From Thermoproteota archaeon (GTDB lineage: Archaea; Korarchaeota; Korarchaeia; Korarchaeales; Korarchaeaceae), in assembly GCA_027491395.1 (NCBI GenBank), contig JAOZFI010000003.1, forward strand, positions 1-26,107: 26,107 nucleotides of DNA. Direction: 5' to 3'. The notes beneath the pieces are model-generated. The model saw only the letters and a program-made list of their open reading frames with translations. It was not told the origin of the DNA and ran no database searches. The position numbers were made by a program, and so were the translations under genes. The number at the start of each line of letters is the position of its first letter. The stretch's first letter is position 1. Shown piece after piece: positions 24,817-26,107 of the stretch.

Positions 24817-25206
24817 ACACAATTTACGTGATCTCTCTGGCTGTAAAGAGCGATGTGAACCATCGAAGGGCATTGGAACCGGAGAGTTCTTTGAGAGACC
24901 CAGTCATATCAAAGCTAGTGATCGTAGAGACATACTCGGTTCTCTCTAGGGTCTCTGAGGATCCTGTACCGATAGCTGAGTATGCGATAAGGAGGTCTAA
25001 GGCTAGAATTGAGGAGGTCGACTTCAACGAGGCTCTCGATCTCTCTATCCTCCTCGCTGAGGAGCTTAGACTGAAGACCCTCGATCTCATGCACATCTCC
25101 CTAGCTAAGATGATCGGGGGCCGACAGGTTCTTGACGTTTGATAGGAACATTCTGAGTAAGGGACTAAGCCCCCTAGAAATAGAAGTCATCGGGGAGATA
25201 TCCTAA
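24804..25206 (+). pseudogene. vapC: VapC/PIN toxin with a +1 frameshift in a G5 run
   Basis: YLDT, IVETYSV, LRLKTLDLMHI. Removing one G from 25116-25120 restores ADRFLTFDRNILSKG...EVIGEIS*. Confidence 0.8.
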
Positions 25207-25432
25207 TCCTCCGTCAAATCTTAGAGGCGGAACGCTCGACAGTATAACAACGAACAGCGATCCTCTACCAGCTGGACATTTACTCCATACATACCTTTCC
25301 GCCCACTCACGACGCCCAGCGTCGGTCCCACTATGGAGTCAAAGGTGAAGTGGGATCTATATTCTTATAGCAGGATTTAGGCCCACCTATCCCCGACTTG
25401 CATTCTTTATGTTCCCGCTTCACTGCTATATT

Positions 25433-25663
25433 ATGAGTATAGTGGAACTCGATGAGAAGGGCAGGATCACCATACCAAAGAGGATGAGGAGGATCCTTAG
25501 AGGAAGAGAGGTGCTTCTAATAAGCTTGGGCGATAGAATAGAGATAGTGCCCATTCCAGAGGACCCTTTTAAAGTGCTCAAGGGATCTTTCAACACTAAA
25601 AGGTCCTTCAAGGAGCTGAGGAAGGAGGCCGAGATCTTAGCGGAGAGGGAGGCTGAAGCATAG
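25433..25663 (+). CDS. vapB: AbrB/MazE-type antitoxin
   Basis: MSIVELDEKGRITIPKRMR...IEIVPIPEDP. The stop overlaps the vapC GTG. Confidence 0.88.
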   Translation: MSIVELDEKGRITIPKRMRRILRGREVLLISLGDRIEIVPIPEDPFKVLKGSFNTKRSFKELRKEAEILAEREAEA

Positions 25664-26085
25664 TGGTTCTTATAGAGAACGATGTGATCTTCGCCTACAT
25701 GAACGAGAACGACGAGAAACATCGAATCGCCGAGAAGATCTTTCATAAATTACAGGAAGGCAGGTTGAAACTGGACATCTCCGGAGTTACCCTGCTGGAG
25801 ATAGAACTCATATACAAATCCCAGAAGTTGGAGGACAGACTCCTTGAAGTGATATCTGCCCTTCTCTCACTGCCGAACGTGGGTTTCATCCCAATCACTC
25901 CTGAAATCGTCATAACCAGTGTCAAGCTCAGGCAGGAACTCGGGCTCTCTTTCTTCGATTCCCACTACGCAGCTACAGCCCTCTATCTGGACGGCAAGAT
26001 CATATCATTTCGCGCGCGCAGGGCCTACGACAGCATCCCAAGGCTGGAGAGGATAGATCCCGTTGACGAGTCGGAATCCGATTAA
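25663..26085 (+). CDS. vapC: VapC/PIN domain toxin
   Basis: LIENDVI, LLEIEL and GLSFFDSHYAA. The expected S-x-D-x-x-Y-D motif reads SFRARRAYD. Confidence 0.85.
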   Translation: MVLIENDVIFAYMNENDEKHRIAEKIFHKLQEGRLKLDISGVTLLEIELIYKSQKLEDRLLEVISALLSLPNVGFIPITPEIVITSVKLRQELGLSFFDSHYAATALYLDGKIISFRARRAYDSIPRLERIDPVDESESD

Positions 26086-26107
26086 AATCGCTCGACACTA
26101 GATAAGG

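Overview
Archaeal DNA, most likely from a thermophilic TACK-lineage organism. This is inferred from AGG/ATA-rich codons, GGAGGTGA Shine-Dalgarno sites, TATA-type promoters, an RNase HII with a PCNA-binding PIP box and a DPSL protein; Korarchaeota-like is a guess. The intact core is a five-gene Dpp/Opp-type ABC importer plus rnhB, a NUDIX/transglutaminase pair and a divergent dpsL/Fur(PerR) pair. Around it lies an accessory, decaying landscape. Toxin-antitoxin loci number five or six (MNT-HEPN, four VapBC in different stages of decay, one partial HEPN). Pseudogenes missing from the ORF track include a TnpB relic, a heme-copper oxidase subunit I C-terminal remnant, a GNAT remnant and a vapBC pair. 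There are two candidate undescribed systems. (1) 628-2540: an operon of an AbrB regulator (with a 3x9-bp repeat upstream), an unannotated 44-aa four-cysteine mini-protein, an AlkD-like HEAT protein and an SPL-like radical SAM enzyme. (2) 7105-11379: a divergent membrane/wHTH/transporter/radical SAM/DUF4405 cluster with a palindromic operator that also survives in front of a decayed paralog at about 4120. All calls come from motif recognition by eye; no database searches were run.
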